Below are positions 1-9,855 of a DNA stretch of 64,000 nt, piece by piece. The translations under genes were made by a program, and so were the position numbers. Under the pieces are notes generated by a model. It was not told the DNA's origin, searched no databases, and saw only the letters and a list, made by a program, of their open reading frames with translations. This DNA is from Dehalococcoidia bacterium (GTDB lineage Bacteria; Chloroflexota; Dehalococcoidia; Lucifugimonadales; UBA3495), in NCBI GenBank assembly GCA_034422655.1, contig DAOUJN010000039.1:16937-80936 (forward strand). The letters are read 5' to 3'. Within the stretch, counting starts at the first letter, position 1. Each line of letters opens with the position of its first letter.

Positions 1-169
1 CCACCAGCGCCCACGGGTCCAGGGTGATGATGTGGTCCAGCCGGGCCTTCAGCCACGCCAGAAAATCGGGGTCAACTATGTCGTCGTGGTGGGCGGCCAG
101 CCCCAGCAGCAGAGCGGAAACCTCGCCCCCTAGGCCCTTGACCGGCACCCACAAACCCGCGCCAATCAT
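1..169 (-). CDS. hypothetical protein, N-terminal fragment (gene continues past the left edge)
   Basis: My own minus-strand translation. ATG at 169-167 follows a G-rich RBS, and the frame is open to position 1 (MIGAGLWVPVKGLGGEVSALLLGLAAHHDDIVDPDFLAWLKARLDHIITLDPWALV...). GC3 is high. I recognise no family. Confidence 0.3.
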   Translation of the reverse strand, partial: MIGAGLWVPVKGLGGEVSALLLGLAAHHDDIVDPDFLAWLKARLDHIITLDPWALV

Positions 170-214
170 CGCAAGCCCCCGTCACCCCAAGCCCGGCGGC
201 AGAGAATCCCGGGG

Positions 215-1588
215 CTAGTCGCCGGCCGCCGGCATGGCCGCCGGTTCCACCGCCTGGTACCGGGACGAGTACTTTTTCTCCTTGATGGCAAAGGCGAACA
301 CCGAAGCCGGGAACAGCATCAGCCCCGCTATCAGGAAGGGGACCGTGTAGGAACCCGTCAGGTCGAACAGTTCCCCCGCCACCCAGATGCTGATGAAACT
401 GCCAAACGCATGAATCATGAAGGCCACGCCGGAAATGGTTCCCAGCGCCCGCACGCCGTAAACGTCGGCAATCAGCGCCGTGGTCAACGGAGCGGTGGCA
501 ATCCAGGAAATCCCGGCCACGATTGCGAAGATAAGCAGCGCTCCGGCGCCCAGGCCGAATAATTCAACGCCGGCCAGCATCAGCATGTAAGCGGACCCCC
601 GCACGAAGTAGACCACCGCCAGCATGTTCTTCCGGCTGAACTTGTCCGACAGGATGCCGGCGCCGATGCTGCCCACCACGTTCAGGCCCATCATCAGGGC
701 AAAGATGAAAGAGGCCAACAGGGCCCCATTCATCTGGAACCAGGCTACAGAGACCTGAGAGTCTTCCGTCAGGCCCAGCGAGTTCGCAAAGGGAAGGAAG
801 TGTACGGACAGCACCGCGGTGGTATATCCGCAGGCAAAGTAGGCAATGGTCATCTGCCAGATGGGCATGGAGCGGAAGGACTGCGCCCACCGGTCCGTAT
901 CCAGCATCCCCGCTATCCGGTTTAAGCCGGAACCGGAAGCTGTGCCCGCCGGCTCTTCGTCGCCGTCCGGGCTTAGCCCCATGTCCTTAGGGTCGTCCTT
1001 GAGGAAGAAGAAGGCCAGCGGCACCGACAGGGCCAGCACCGCCACGCCAAATGCCACCCAGGTTATCCGCCAGTTGGTGGACTGGAGCAGGTACATGCCC
1101 AGGGGGACCAGGAGGAGGCCGCCGGCCGACAGCCCGGACGCGTTCAGCCCCACCACCGTGGCGCGCCGCCGCCGGAACCAGCGGGAAAGCAGGGTCCCGG
1201 TGTTGTTCAGCGACATCCCGCTCAGGGCAATGGACGAGACCACGCCGAACATGAAAATGAGGAAGAGGTAGTGGAAGGTGAGGCTCAGCGCCACGGTCGC
1301 CACGCCGAACACGGCGATGCTGGCCACGATAATCTTCCGGCCGCCGAACCGGTCCAGCAACTGGCCCATGAAGGGCTGGGTGATGCCGTTGACCAGGAAA
1401 CCCAGGGCCGCCGCGAAGGAAATCGTCCCCCGGCTCCACTCGAACTCTTCGCTCATCGGGAGGACGAATATGCCGAAGCTGTTGCGGGCCCCGTTGGTAA
1501 CGAACGCTACGAAGATGCAGGTGGCAACGATGTACCAGCCATAGAACACCGGTTTCCGCCGCCTGGCGCCGTCGTCTGCCGTCATCAT
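215..1588 (-). CDS. MFS transporter (oxalate/formate antiporter-like)
   Basis: 457-aa ORF that is hydrophobic throughout, consistent with about 12 TM segments. The N-terminus FYGWYIVATCIFVAF is typical of OFA-type MFS. It is a paralog of 24219-25691. Confidence 0.85.
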   Translation of the reverse strand: MMTADDGARRRKPVFYGWYIVATCIFVAFVTNGARNSFGIFVLPMSEEFEWSRGTISFAAALGFLVNGITQPFMGQLLDRFGGRKIIVASIAVFGVATVALSLTFHYLFLIFMFGVVSSIALSGMSLNNTGTLLSRWFRRRRATVVGLNASGLSAGGLLLVPLGMYLLQSTNWRITWVAFGVAVLALSVPLAFFFLKDDPKDMGLSPDGDEEPAGTASGSGLNRIAGMLDTDRWAQSFRSMPIWQMTIAYFACGYTTAVLSVHFLPFANSLGLTEDSQVSVAWFQMNGALLASFIFALMMGLNVVGSIGAGILSDKFSRKNMLAVVYFVRGSAYMLMLAGVELFGLGAGALLIFAIVAGISWIATAPLTTALIADVYGVRALGTISGVAFMIHAFGSFISIWVAGELFDLTGSYTVPFLIAGLMLFPASVFAFAIKEKKYSSRYQAVEPAAMPAAGD

Positions 1589-1679
1589 TACCGCCAGCTA
1601 TAAGGCTAAAGGCCAAGTATACACCCTTTGGAAAGAGTATTAGTTTTCCGCCAATTTATGGTATTGCCACCAATTGTTA

Positions 1680-1708
1680 TTGACTTGTTAATAGTTTTAA
1701 CATAACAT
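1680..1708 (+). promoter_or_regulatory. candidate sigma70-type promoter (TTGACT-N17-TAACAT)
   Basis: Read directly in the AT-rich divergent intergenic region, about 80 nt upstream of the 1787 start. Confidence 0.35.
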
Positions 1709-1786
1709 TAATAACTCTACCCATCCTCGTGCTTTCGGTTGCCTTATAATCCAGGCATAAGCCAAATCGGAAGCAGGAGAAGCAAT

Positions 1787-2782
1787 ATGAGCGCGGCAAA
1801 GACCATCTACGTCGGTATGCACGACGGCGTCTGTGCGGTCACCAGCGATGACGGCGGCAAGTCGTGGCAGCAGGGTCCGGTCACTTCCCTGCCCCACGCC
1901 GCGGCCAGGCTGGCGGCCAGCCCCGTAAAGCCCGGCCGGGCCTACCTGGCGGCCTACGAGGCGGGCGTTTACCGCACCGATGACGGGGGGAAGACCTGGA
2001 CTCACCTGGACTCGTACCCTTCCGACTACGCCCACAGCGTGCTGGCCCACCCCGCCGAAGGGGACACTCTCTTTGTGGGCAGCGAACCGGCCACGGTGTA
2101 CCGCTCCGGAAACGGCGGCGGTACCTGGGCGGAACTGGAAGGCTTCACCCAGGTGCCCGAGTCGGTGGACTGGGGCTTTCACGCCCCCACCCGCGATTCC
2201 CACGTCCGGGACCTGCGGGTCGCCCCCGACGACCCCGACCGGCTCTACGCCGGCATTGAAGTGGGCGGGATGGTCCGTTCCGGCGACGGTGGCAGGAGCT
2301 GGCAGCAACTGCCGGGACTTAACGATGACATTCACTGCGTGGCCCTTAGCGACGACCGGCCCGGCAGCGTTTACGTCGCCACCGCCCGGGCTCCCTACCG
2401 TTCCAGCGACGGGGGCAGCAACTGGGAGCTGATTAACGACGGTCTCGACCGGCGGTACACGCTCCACATCGCTCCGGCTCCCGACGACGCCAGCCTGGTG
2501 CTGGTAACCGTGTCGGAGAACGCGCGGCGGCTCAATCCCCTGTTCTACCGCTCCACCAACGGCGGCGACAGCTGGCAACTGGTGGAGGACGTGGGCCAGG
2601 GCACGGAGCCCGAGGAAATGGTCGTCGCCTTTGAATGGGACCCGTCGGAACCCAACCGGGTTTATGCCGGCGCCGACGGGGGCCAACTCTTCCAGAGCGC
2701 CGACCGGGGCGTAACCTGGGAGGAACTGCCGGTACGTCTCCCATCGGTAGCGGTGGGGGCCCTGGCCGTAGGCCGCAATTAG
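1787..2782 (+). CDS. BNR/Asp-box repeat beta-propeller protein
   Basis: Seven SxDxGxTW-type Asp-boxes (DDGGKSW, DDGGKTW, GNGGGTW, GDGGRSW, SDGGSNW, TNGGDSW, ADRGVTW). AGGAGA RBS lies 6 nt before the ATG at 1787. The track ORF starts earlier, at 1739. Confidence 0.8.
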   Translation: MSAAKTIYVGMHDGVCAVTSDDGGKSWQQGPVTSLPHAAARLAASPVKPGRAYLAAYEAGVYRTDDGGKTWTHLDSYPSDYAHSVLAHPAEGDTLFVGSEPATVYRSGNGGGTWAELEGFTQVPESVDWGFHAPTRDSHVRDLRVAPDDPDRLYAGIEVGGMVRSGDGGRSWQQLPGLNDDIHCVALSDDRPGSVYVATARAPYRSSDGGSNWELINDGLDRRYTLHIAPAPDDASLVLVTVSENARRLNPLFYRSTNGGDSWQLVEDVGQGTEPEEMVVAFEWDPSEPNRVYAGADGGQLFQSADRGVTWEELPVRLPSVAVGALAVGRN

Positions 2783-2909
2783 GGCATCAACGGGACCGCG
2801 AGTCCCAGCCGTCTGTGCGGGCACCACAGCCAGCGTATGAAGTAGCCGTTTTCGGCTACGCCCCACAGGCGGGGGCAATCCTATTCTCTAAAAGGGGGGG
2901 ACTTGCCTT

Positions 2910-3641
2910 ATGCTTCGATTCGCTGAAGAACTGTTGCTGTTGTTGCTGGAGGACCAGGGGGGCAAGTTTGCGCTCCTGCCCGACCGGTCCCAGGATTACG
3001 CGCTGGCCGCCAGCGTCCTGATGGACCTGACGCTGGAGGGCCGCATCGATACCGACCTGGAGCGGTTGGTTCTCATCGATTCCACGCCCACGGGCGACGA
3101 CCTGCTGGACCCGGTACTGGCCGACATCGCCAGCGGTGGCGACCACAACGTCCACTACTGGCTGGAAAGGACCACCGACCATGCCCGGGTCATCGGGGAG
3201 AAGGCCCTGGCCCGCCTGGTCTCCAGGAAGATTGTGGACCGGCGGGGGACCGACTACCACTGGGTTTTCCGGTTCGACTGGGCCTCCCGCAAGTGGCACC
3301 AGTCCCGGCTCTATCCCGTCATCGACGGCGAGGCCAGGCAGGAAGTCAAGGTCCGCATAATGGCCGAACTGTTTGAGGGGGACATACCCGACCCGCGCGA
3401 CGTGATGATTATCAGCCTGGCCGACGCCTGCGGTGTCTTCCCGATTCTGCTGACGCCCGCCGAACTGGAACGGGCCGCACCCCGCATCGGTCTGCTGCGC
3501 CGCATGGAGGCGCTGAGCCGGGGCGTGTTCAAGCTGGTCAGCGAGGTCCAGGCCCGTGAAGATGTCCAGGCCCAGGAAAGGGAAGACCGGCAGCTGGCCT
3601 CCACCGGGCGTGCCCTGGAACGGGCCGTTGCCGCCACCTGA
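2910..3641 (+). CDS. GPP34/GOLPH3-family protein
   Basis: The N-terminus LRFAEELLLLLLEDQGGKF...ALAASVLMDLTLEGRI is characteristic of the GPP34 family. A poly-G RBS lies upstream. Confidence 0.7.
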   Translation: MLRFAEELLLLLLEDQGGKFALLPDRSQDYALAASVLMDLTLEGRIDTDLERLVLIDSTPTGDDLLDPVLADIASGGDHNVHYWLERTTDHARVIGEKALARLVSRKIVDRRGTDYHWVFRFDWASRKWHQSRLYPVIDGEARQEVKVRIMAELFEGDIPDPRDVMIISLADACGVFPILLTPAELERAAPRIGLLRRMEALSRGVFKLVSEVQAREDVQAQEREDRQLASTGRALERAVAAT

Positions 3642-3810
3642 CCCCAGGGCCGGAACCACTCCCCGGCCTTACCGGGCGAAAGTCCCAAAAGTTAACGGGC
3701 TGCCAACTGGCAGCCCGATGGTCATTCCACTATTGTTTCGCCGCTCCCCGTCTTGCCGGCGCCGGCGTGCCCTGAATGGGGCAAACCGGGCAGCGGTTTC
3801 GGGAAATCCC

Positions 3811-4239
3811 CTACTTCCCCGCCATGCAGTTCACGCAATTGACGTAGAACTCGAACTTGTGCCCCACGATTTCACCGGGGATCTGTTCACTGAGCGCCCG
3901 CATCAGGTTTTCGATGTTGGTGGCCCGGAATTCGCCCACGTTGCCGCATTTCACGCAGATGGTGTGGTGGTGGTGCTCAACGCTGGACAGGCTGTACCTG
4001 GGCGCCCCGTCAAGCATATTGAGGCGGCACAGCACCCCCGCGTTCAGCAGCAGCTTGACGGTCCTGAACACGGTGGCCCGGCCCACCTGGGGCAGTTCGC
4101 TGCTGATTTCCTCGGCGGTGAACCCTTCCGTCTTACCCTCCAGCAACTCGACAATGGCCCGCCGGGGAGCCGTGGTCCGATAACCCCGGTTTTCCAGGAT
4201 GGACATTATTTCAGTGCGGGTAGTCAGTGGCGCCGTCAT
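3811..4239 (-). CDS. Fur-family metalloregulator (Zur-like)
   Basis: Winged-helix N-terminal region (RTTAPRRAIVELL) and C-terminal HHHHTICVKCG...CVNC metal sites. It is divergent from a metal ABC operon. The start is uncertain: the ORF extends to 4305, and 4206 is an alternative ATG. Confidence 0.8.
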   Translation of the reverse strand: MTAPLTTRTEIMSILENRGYRTTAPRRAIVELLEGKTEGFTAEEISSELPQVGRATVFRTVKLLLNAGVLCRLNMLDGAPRYSLSSVEHHHHTICVKCGNVGEFRATNIENLMRALSEQIPGEIVGHKFEFYVNCVNCMAGK

Positions 4240-4351
4240 TGCACTTTTCACGCTGCCTGCCGCGAATTTGGCCCCGGCAGGCTCCCCATTGGCTGATATT
4301 AGCAACCGCCATATCTACCGTCAACTACTCTGCATTGCAAGGTATTCTCAG

Positions 4352-4393
4352 GTATCAATCAAATTTGATACTCCCATTCGTCCTATGTATAAT
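4352..4393 (+). promoter_or_regulatory. palindromic operator (GTATCAA-N6-TTGATAC) overlapping a TTGATA-N17-TATAAT promoter
   Basis: Inverted repeat at 4352-4371. The -35 is at 4365-4370 and the -10 at 4388-4393. It sits between the Fur-family gene and the metal ABC genes. Confidence 0.5.
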
Positions 4394-4558
4394 CGGCTGC
4401 GGCCCAACAACAATCTTCCGACCGTCATGCTTGCCCGAATGCCCTTATTTTCGATACCGAATCCCTGCTCTGCGCCTTGTTCCCCTCGCCGTTGCGGATG
4501 CCGAATCAGTAAGGCTATCTGTTCCGGAACCGGCGCAACCTGACCCAGGAGAACGCCT

Positions 4559-5335
4559 GTGAATACCCAGCCAGGCATAACCGTTACCGACCTTACCGTG
4601 GAACGGGACGGCTACCGCGCCCTGTTTAACGTCAACTTTCACATAGGGCCGGGGAACCTGGTGGGGGTTGTTGGCCCCAACGGCGCCGGCAAGAGTACCC
4701 TGTTTGACGCCATTGTGGGCGTTCTCCCGCCGGCCCGGGGCAGGGTGGAACTCCAGGGCATCGGCGCGCGCCGTGGCGGCCTGGCCTACGTGCCCCAGCG
4801 CGACAACATCAACCTGCGCTTTCCCGCCACCGTCCACGACGTGGTGATGATGGGCCGCTACTGCCACGTGGGCCTTTTTCGAGGCGTGTCACGGAAGGAC
4901 CGGGCAATAGTCCAGGCCTGCCTGGAAAGGGTGGGCCTGTGGGAACGGCGCGACGCCCTGATCGAGGAGAACTCCGGCGGGCAGCGCCAGCGGGTATTCA
5001 TCGCCCGCGCCCTGGCCCAGGAAGCCGGAATCGTCCTGCTGGATGAGGCCTTCAGCGGCGTGGACGTGGGCGCCCAGGAGGGCATCATCCAGGTGCTCCA
5101 AACCCTGCGGGACGAGGGCAAGGTGGTGATGCTGGCTTTCCACGACCTTACCAACCTGGCAGGGCGCTTCGACCAGATTATCTGCATCAACCGCCACATT
5201 TGCGCCTTTGGCCCGCCCGCCGAGGCCTTCACTCCCGAGGTGCTGGAGGAGCTGTACGGTTCCCATGGCATGGTGATGGCCCACACCCACCCCGGCGGGG
5301 AGACCCACATCGCCACCCACGTGCGCAATGATTGA
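4559..5335 (+). CDS. metal (Zn/Mn-type) ABC transporter ATP-binding protein
   Basis: Walker A GPNGAGKST, signature LSGGQRQR-like (NSGGQRQR) and Walker B IVLLDEAF. GTG start after an AGGAG RBS. Confidence 0.85.
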   Translation: MNTQPGITVTDLTVERDGYRALFNVNFHIGPGNLVGVVGPNGAGKSTLFDAIVGVLPPARGRVELQGIGARRGGLAYVPQRDNINLRFPATVHDVVMMGRYCHVGLFRGVSRKDRAIVQACLERVGLWERRDALIEENSGGQRQRVFIARALAQEAGIVLLDEAFSGVDVGAQEGIIQVLQTLRDEGKVVMLAFHDLTNLAGRFDQIICINRHICAFGPPAEAFTPEVLEELYGSHGMVMAHTHPGGETHIATHVRND

Positions 5336-6170
5336 TTTAATTTTCGACCCCTTTCAGTACTCCTTCATGCTGCGGGCCCTGATCGTGTCCGCATTGGTGG
5401 GGTTCCTGCTGCCCGTGGTTGGCGCCTACATCATCACCCGGGGCCGCGCCTTCATGACCGACGCGCTGGCCCATTCCCTGGTGGCCCCCGTGGCCGTGGC
5501 GTCGCTGCTGGGCTTTACCTCCTACATAACCGCCGTCCCCGGGGGCATCGCCATCGCCATGCTGATGGGCTTCCTGAGCCGCCAGACGGGGATCAGCGAC
5601 GATACCTCCATCGGCGTGGTCTTCGCCGGCATATTTGCCCTGGGGCTTATCATTCTCTCCATCAGCGTGAACGTAAACCCGGGCCGGGCCGTCAACATCG
5701 AGGACCTGCTGCTGGGCCAGGTGCTGGCGGTGACTCAGACCGACGTCCTGATATCGTTGGTGCTTACGGTGGCGGTGGTGGCGGGCGTCTTCCTGTTCCA
5801 CCGGCACCTGGTTTACACGACCTTTGACCCCGTATCCGCCCGGGTGGCCGGGGTTAAGACCTCGCTGGTCGAGTATCTGCTGTTGGCCCTGCTGGCCGTG
5901 GTAATCGTCATTGGCCTGTCCGCCGCCGGCATCGTCCTGGTAATCGCCATGCTGGTCATTCCCTCTGCCGCCGCCTACCTCCTCGCTCGCAGGTTCACGG
6001 GAGTCATGCTCCTGGGCGCCGTGATTGGGGTGGTTTCCACCGTCATTGGGTTGTACCTTTCCTACTATGCCAACTGGCCCTCGGGCCCGTCCATGGCGAC
6101 GGTGGCGTTCCTGATTTTCGGCATCGCCACCATCCGCAAGCGGGCCTTCCCCGTCAAGTCCGACGAATAG
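5328..6170 (+). CDS. metal ABC transporter permease (ABC-3 family)
   Basis: 280-aa polytopic membrane protein. Its start overlaps the stop of the ATPase gene. Length and hydrophobicity pattern fit ZnuB/MntB-type permeases. Confidence 0.85.
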   Translation: MIDLIFDPFQYSFMLRALIVSALVGFLLPVVGAYIITRGRAFMTDALAHSLVAPVAVASLLGFTSYITAVPGGIAIAMLMGFLSRQTGISDDTSIGVVFAGIFALGLIILSISVNVNPGRAVNIEDLLLGQVLAVTQTDVLISLVLTVAVVAGVFLFHRHLVYTTFDPVSARVAGVKTSLVEYLLLALLAVVIVIGLSAAGIVLVIAMLVIPSAAAYLLARRFTGVMLLGAVIGVVSTVIGLYLSYYANWPSGPSMATVAFLIFGIATIRKRAFPVKSDE

Positions 6171-6273
6171 CCGGGCTAGTCTCCTTGCCCTGTTCAGTTA
6201 CCGCGGCCCAGGTGTTATCATTTTGTCTCTCTCCCCCGCCGGGGGCGGTATTCTGGACATTGCAGGTGCAGCT

Positions 6274-7026
6274 ATGCGATTGGAAGGCAAGGTTGCGTTT
6301 ATCAGCGGCGGCGCCCGGGGCATGGGCGCCGCCGAGGTCCGCCTGTTCAGCGCGGAAGGGGCCAGCGTTGCCTTCGGCGACGTGCTGGAAGAGGAGGGCC
6401 GGGCCCTGGAGGCTGAGCTTGCCGAAGGCGGCGGTCAGGCCCTGTTCCTGCCCCTCGACGTCACCAGCGCCGAGCAGTGGCAGGCCGCCATTGATGCCGC
6501 CGTCGCCCGGTTCGGCAAGCTGGATGTCCTGGTCAATAACGCCGGCGTCCGCGGCGCCGGCCTGGTCGAGGACATCTCCGGCGACGAATGGGACCGGGTG
6601 CTGGACATCAACGCCAAGGGCACCTTCCTGGGTACCCGGGCGGCCCTGCCGGCCCTCCGCGACAACGGAGGCGGCTCCATCGTCAACATTTCGTCCCAGC
6701 TGGGCATAGTTGGCGTGGACAACAGCGGCCCCCAGTACCAGGCCTCCAAGGGCGCGGTGCGCATCTTTACCAAGGCCACCGCCATCCAGTACGCCAGGGA
6801 AGGCATTCGCGCCAACTCCGTCCACCCCGGCCCCATCGCCACCCCCATGACCGAGGGCGGGCGCGCCGACCCCGACCGGTACCGGACCACCGTCTCCCGC
6901 ATACCCCTGGGCCGGTACGGCGAACCCGAAGACGTGGCCTACGGAGTCCTCTTCCTGGCCTCCGACGAGTCCTCCTTCATGACCGGCAGCGAACTGGTAA
7001 TAGACGGCGGCTGGACCGCCCAGTAG
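6274..7026 (+). CDS. SDR family oxidoreductase
   Basis: GKVAFISGGARGMG cofactor motif, NNAG, and YxxxK (YQASK). Start chosen at MRLEGK; the track ORF starts at 6223. Confidence 0.9.
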   Translation: MRLEGKVAFISGGARGMGAAEVRLFSAEGASVAFGDVLEEEGRALEAELAEGGGQALFLPLDVTSAEQWQAAIDAAVARFGKLDVLVNNAGVRGAGLVEDISGDEWDRVLDINAKGTFLGTRAALPALRDNGGGSIVNISSQLGIVGVDNSGPQYQASKGAVRIFTKATAIQYAREGIRANSVHPGPIATPMTEGGRADPDRYRTTVSRIPLGRYGEPEDVAYGVLFLASDESSFMTGSELVIDGGWTAQ

Positions 7027-7116
7027 GAGGGGCCGCAACCCCCGCTACCCCACCCCGTTTTTGTGTTAGGATAGGCGGAAGGCGCCCCATTCCACCCATT
7101 ACCGGAGGCTTGTGCC

Positions 7117-7458
7117 ATGCAGATAGTACGGGTTTACGCTGGCGACGACGGCGAGTCCCACTTCGAGGACCTGACCGTTGAGCAGTTTGCCGAAATAGTT
7201 AATCGATTCGGGTCCGGCGACATTACCCTGAACGCCCGTCCCTCCCCCAGCTTCTCCGACTACCACACCGCGCCGCGCCGCCAGTACGTGATGAACCTGG
7301 CCGGCATTGCCGAGTTTGAGACCGCCGACGGGACCGTCCGCCGCCTGAACCCCGGCGACGTGCTGATTGCCGAGGACGTTACAGGCCACGGCCACATCGC
7401 CCGCAGCATCGGCGACGAGTTCCGGGTATCCCTGGCCGTCCCCCTGGCCGAGGGGTAG
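7117..7458 (+). CDS. cupin-like small protein
   Basis: 113 aa with a beta-rich pattern and a GDVLIAEDVTGHGH segment resembling a cupin barrel. GGAGG RBS. Confidence 0.55.
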   Translation: MQIVRVYAGDDGESHFEDLTVEQFAEIVNRFGSGDITLNARPSPSFSDYHTAPRRQYVMNLAGIAEFETADGTVRRLNPGDVLIAEDVTGHGHIARSIGDEFRVSLAVPLAEG

Positions 7459-7467
7459 GGGCAAGCC

Positions 7468-7740
7468 ATGGCGGAAATGGACAACGACGAATTTATACGG
7501 CGCATCCGCGAGAAAATCGAACGCCTGACCGAGGGTGCCGTCGATCTGCGGGTGGACGTGGAGGACGTGAACCGGCTGCAGGTTGACCTGGGCCAGGGAG
7601 TCCCCCGGGTAACCCTGGGCGCCAACATCTACCGCTATTCCGGGTTTGCCCGCATGAGCGTGGAATACGCCGTGGCCTCCATCCGGGAGCGGCGGGACCT
7701 GGAACCCCTGGAGTTCCATCTGCTGCTGGCCCGCAACTGA
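7468..7740 (+). CDS. hypothetical protein
   Basis: 90-aa ORF co-oriented with and 9 nt downstream of the cupin gene. Codon bias matches the neighbours. No family recognised. Confidence 0.45.
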   Translation: MAEMDNDEFIRRIREKIERLTEGAVDLRVDVEDVNRLQVDLGQGVPRVTLGANIYRYSGFARMSVEYAVASIRERRDLEPLEFHLLLARN

Positions 7741-7767
7741 CCGGGCCGCAGCATAGCCTAATCCCCC

Positions 7768-8211
7768 ATGAGCCAGGAAGGTCAGGAACCCCAGCCACCA
7801 CAGCCGAAGCAAGAGGAGGGCCCGGCGCCGGGCCCTCCTGATGAATTACGGCCCTGGTATTACCAGTACTGGTTTCTCCACCCCATGATCGTCTTCTGGC
7901 CCCTTTGGCCCGTGCTGATAATCCGCTCCCCGTGGCACAACGGGCTGATCATGGGCTCCCTGGCGTGGGCCTGGCTGATCATCGGCGGCTACCTGGCCTT
8001 CGTGCGGCTGCAGGCCGGCGGCACCGTCGCGCTCAGCACCGTGGCCATTGCCGCGCCCGGCCTGATCTTCACCTTCATCACCCAGGTACACTGGACCCTG
8101 AACCGCCGCCGCATCCTGAACCCGCCCGCGGCTTCGGCGAACGCCGGCGCTCCTGACCACGCACCCGCCGCCAGGTCCCGCCGCGCCCGTCGCCGTCGCC
8201 GCCGCCGGTAA
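7768..8211 (+). CDS. small membrane protein with poly-Arg C-terminal tail
   Basis: About three hydrophobic segments, then RSRRARRRRRRR at the C-terminus. Co-oriented with the two upstream small genes. Confidence 0.5.
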   Translation: MSQEGQEPQPPQPKQEEGPAPGPPDELRPWYYQYWFLHPMIVFWPLWPVLIIRSPWHNGLIMGSLAWAWLIIGGYLAFVRLQAGGTVALSTVAIAAPGLIFTFITQVHWTLNRRRILNPPAASANAGAPDHAPAARSRRARRRRRRR

Positions 8212-8228
8212 TGATCTTTTCAAGAATT

Positions 8229-8251
8229 CCTTCCCCCTTGACGGGGGAAGG
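8229..8251. terminator. 9-bp GC hairpin between convergent genes (also repeat-like)
   Basis: CCTTCCCCC-TTGAC-GGGGGAAGG. The adjacent AGGTCAGGATGGGGGTG recurs inverted at 60513-60529. Confidence 0.3.
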
Positions 8252-8282
8252 TCAGGATGGGGGTGATGGCTTCCGCGGAAGC

Positions 8283-8858
8283 CTACCCCCTGCCGTCCTG
8301 GAAGGGCGGGCGGTCAAACACCCGCTGGACTATGGGCACAAAGAACTCCAGGGGCAGGGACTCGTACTCCGGGTCAAAGGACGACTGGTCCCAGCGGTGG
8401 CAGAAGTCCACCGTGTCCTGGTACCAAGGATGGTCCCGGTAGGCGTCCCGGGCGTTGCGGTCGCCGCCGGTGTGGTGGGCGTAGTAGTAACTCTGGAAGA
8501 GGCCGTGGTGCAGCACTATCCAGTAGGTGCGCTCCGATACGTAGGGCCGCAGCACCGCCGCCGCCAGTTCGCTGTGGTTGTAGGGGGCAATCATGTCTCC
8601 GATGTCGTGGAGCAGCGCTGCCACCACCATCTCATCCTCGGCCCCGTCCCGGTGGGCCCGGGTGGCGCACTGCAGCGAATGTTCCAGCCGATCCACCTGG
8701 TAGCCTGACAGCGACCCCGACAGGCCCAGCAGCATGGTCAGCACCCGGTCCGCCGTGCCCTTCGCGAATTCAGCCTCCAGTCCCTCCAGCAGTTCGTAGT
8801 CTTCCCTGGTTCCCTCTGCCATGCTGGTGAAGGCAACCACTTCTCCCGTGTCCGACAT
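8283..8858 (-). CDS. HD-domain protein, PhnZ/MIOX-like (COG4341-type) putative di-iron oxygenase
   Basis: Motifs LEHSLQCA, LLHDIGD, HSELAA, VLHH and CHRWDQSSFDP. The size (191 aa) matches PhnZ-type HD proteins. Confidence 0.7.
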   Translation of the reverse strand: MSDTGEVVAFTSMAEGTREDYELLEGLEAEFAKGTADRVLTMLLGLSGSLSGYQVDRLEHSLQCATRAHRDGAEDEMVVAALLHDIGDMIAPYNHSELAAAVLRPYVSERTYWIVLHHGLFQSYYYAHHTGGDRNARDAYRDHPWYQDTVDFCHRWDQSSFDPEYESLPLEFFVPIVQRVFDRPPFQDGRG

Positions 8859-8959
8859 CTCAATACTCCGCTCCCCGGCAATGGGTCAATCAATACGTGT
8901 AGAATAGGCTTCAATTCTACCACCCCGGTTTCCACTCCGGGATTCCAGGAGGCTGGCCA

Positions 8960-9847
8960 ATGGCAGAGTCCAGGAGGCTGGACGGACGCGTCGCCCTCAT
9001 CACCGGCGGTGGCCGCGGCATCGGACGGGCCATTGCCCGGGCCTTTGCGGCCGAGGGGGCCAGGCTGGCGCTGGTCTCCCGCACCGCCGCCGAACTGGAG
9101 GAAACGGCGCAACTGGTCCAGGAGCAACACGGCGCCGAAGCCATCACCCTGGTCGCCGACGTTTCCGACCGGGGAGAGGTGGAGCGGGCCGTGGCCCAAA
9201 CCCTGGAGCGCTATGGCGTTATCGACGTCCTGGTCAACAACGCCGGCAACATCGGGCCGGTGAATACGGCCTGGAACTGCGACCCGGAGGAATGGGCCCA
9301 AACCATTGCCATCCACCTGATGGGCGTGTTCTACGGCTGTCGCGCCGTCCTGCCCCACATGCTGGAACGGGGGCAGGGTCGGATCGTCAACATGTCCGGC
9401 GTGGGCGGCCCCAACACCACGGCCTACGACGCGGCCAAGACGGCCATAGTCAACTTCACCGAAAACCTGGCCCTGGAACTGGAGGACACGCCCATAACCG
9501 TCAACGCCATCAGCCCCGGCTCCATCCACACCAGGATGTGGGAGGAGACCCGGGACCTGTCCCTGGCCATCGGCGATATGGCTACCTACCGGCGGGGCGT
9601 CCAGGTAACCTCGGGCCAGGGAGCGTCCATCGAACGGGCGGCGGAACTGGCCGTCTTCCTGGGCAGCGACGCCTGCGGCGCCCTGTCGGGCCGCCTGATC
9701 CGGGCCTTCGCCGACCGCTTCGAGGACTTCCCCGCCAGGGTGAACGAAATCATGGCCTCGGAAGCCTACCAGTTGCGCCGGGTTGACCCCGCCCGCCCCT
9801 TCCCCACGTCCCAGTCCTACCCGGACTTGCCGCTGGAAAAGCCTTGA
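8960..9847 (+). CDS. SDR family oxidoreductase
   Basis: GRVALITGGGRGIG, NNAG, and YDAAK (YxxxK). AGGAGG RBS. Confidence 0.9.
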   Translation: MAESRRLDGRVALITGGGRGIGRAIARAFAAEGARLALVSRTAAELEETAQLVQEQHGAEAITLVADVSDRGEVERAVAQTLERYGVIDVLVNNAGNIGPVNTAWNCDPEEWAQTIAIHLMGVFYGCRAVLPHMLERGQGRIVNMSGVGGPNTTAYDAAKTAIVNFTENLALELEDTPITVNAISPGSIHTRMWEETRDLSLAIGDMATYRRGVQVTSGQGASIERAAELAVFLGSDACGALSGRLIRAFADRFEDFPARVNEIMASEAYQLRRVDPARPFPTSQSYPDLPLEKP

Positions 9848-9855
9848 CCGTTCCC

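Noticed and set aside
1697-2878. 393-aa minus-strand ORF
   Set aside because: It is antisense to the Asp-box repeat protein. The plus-strand frame has seven clean SxDxGxTW repeats, and the minus frame has none.
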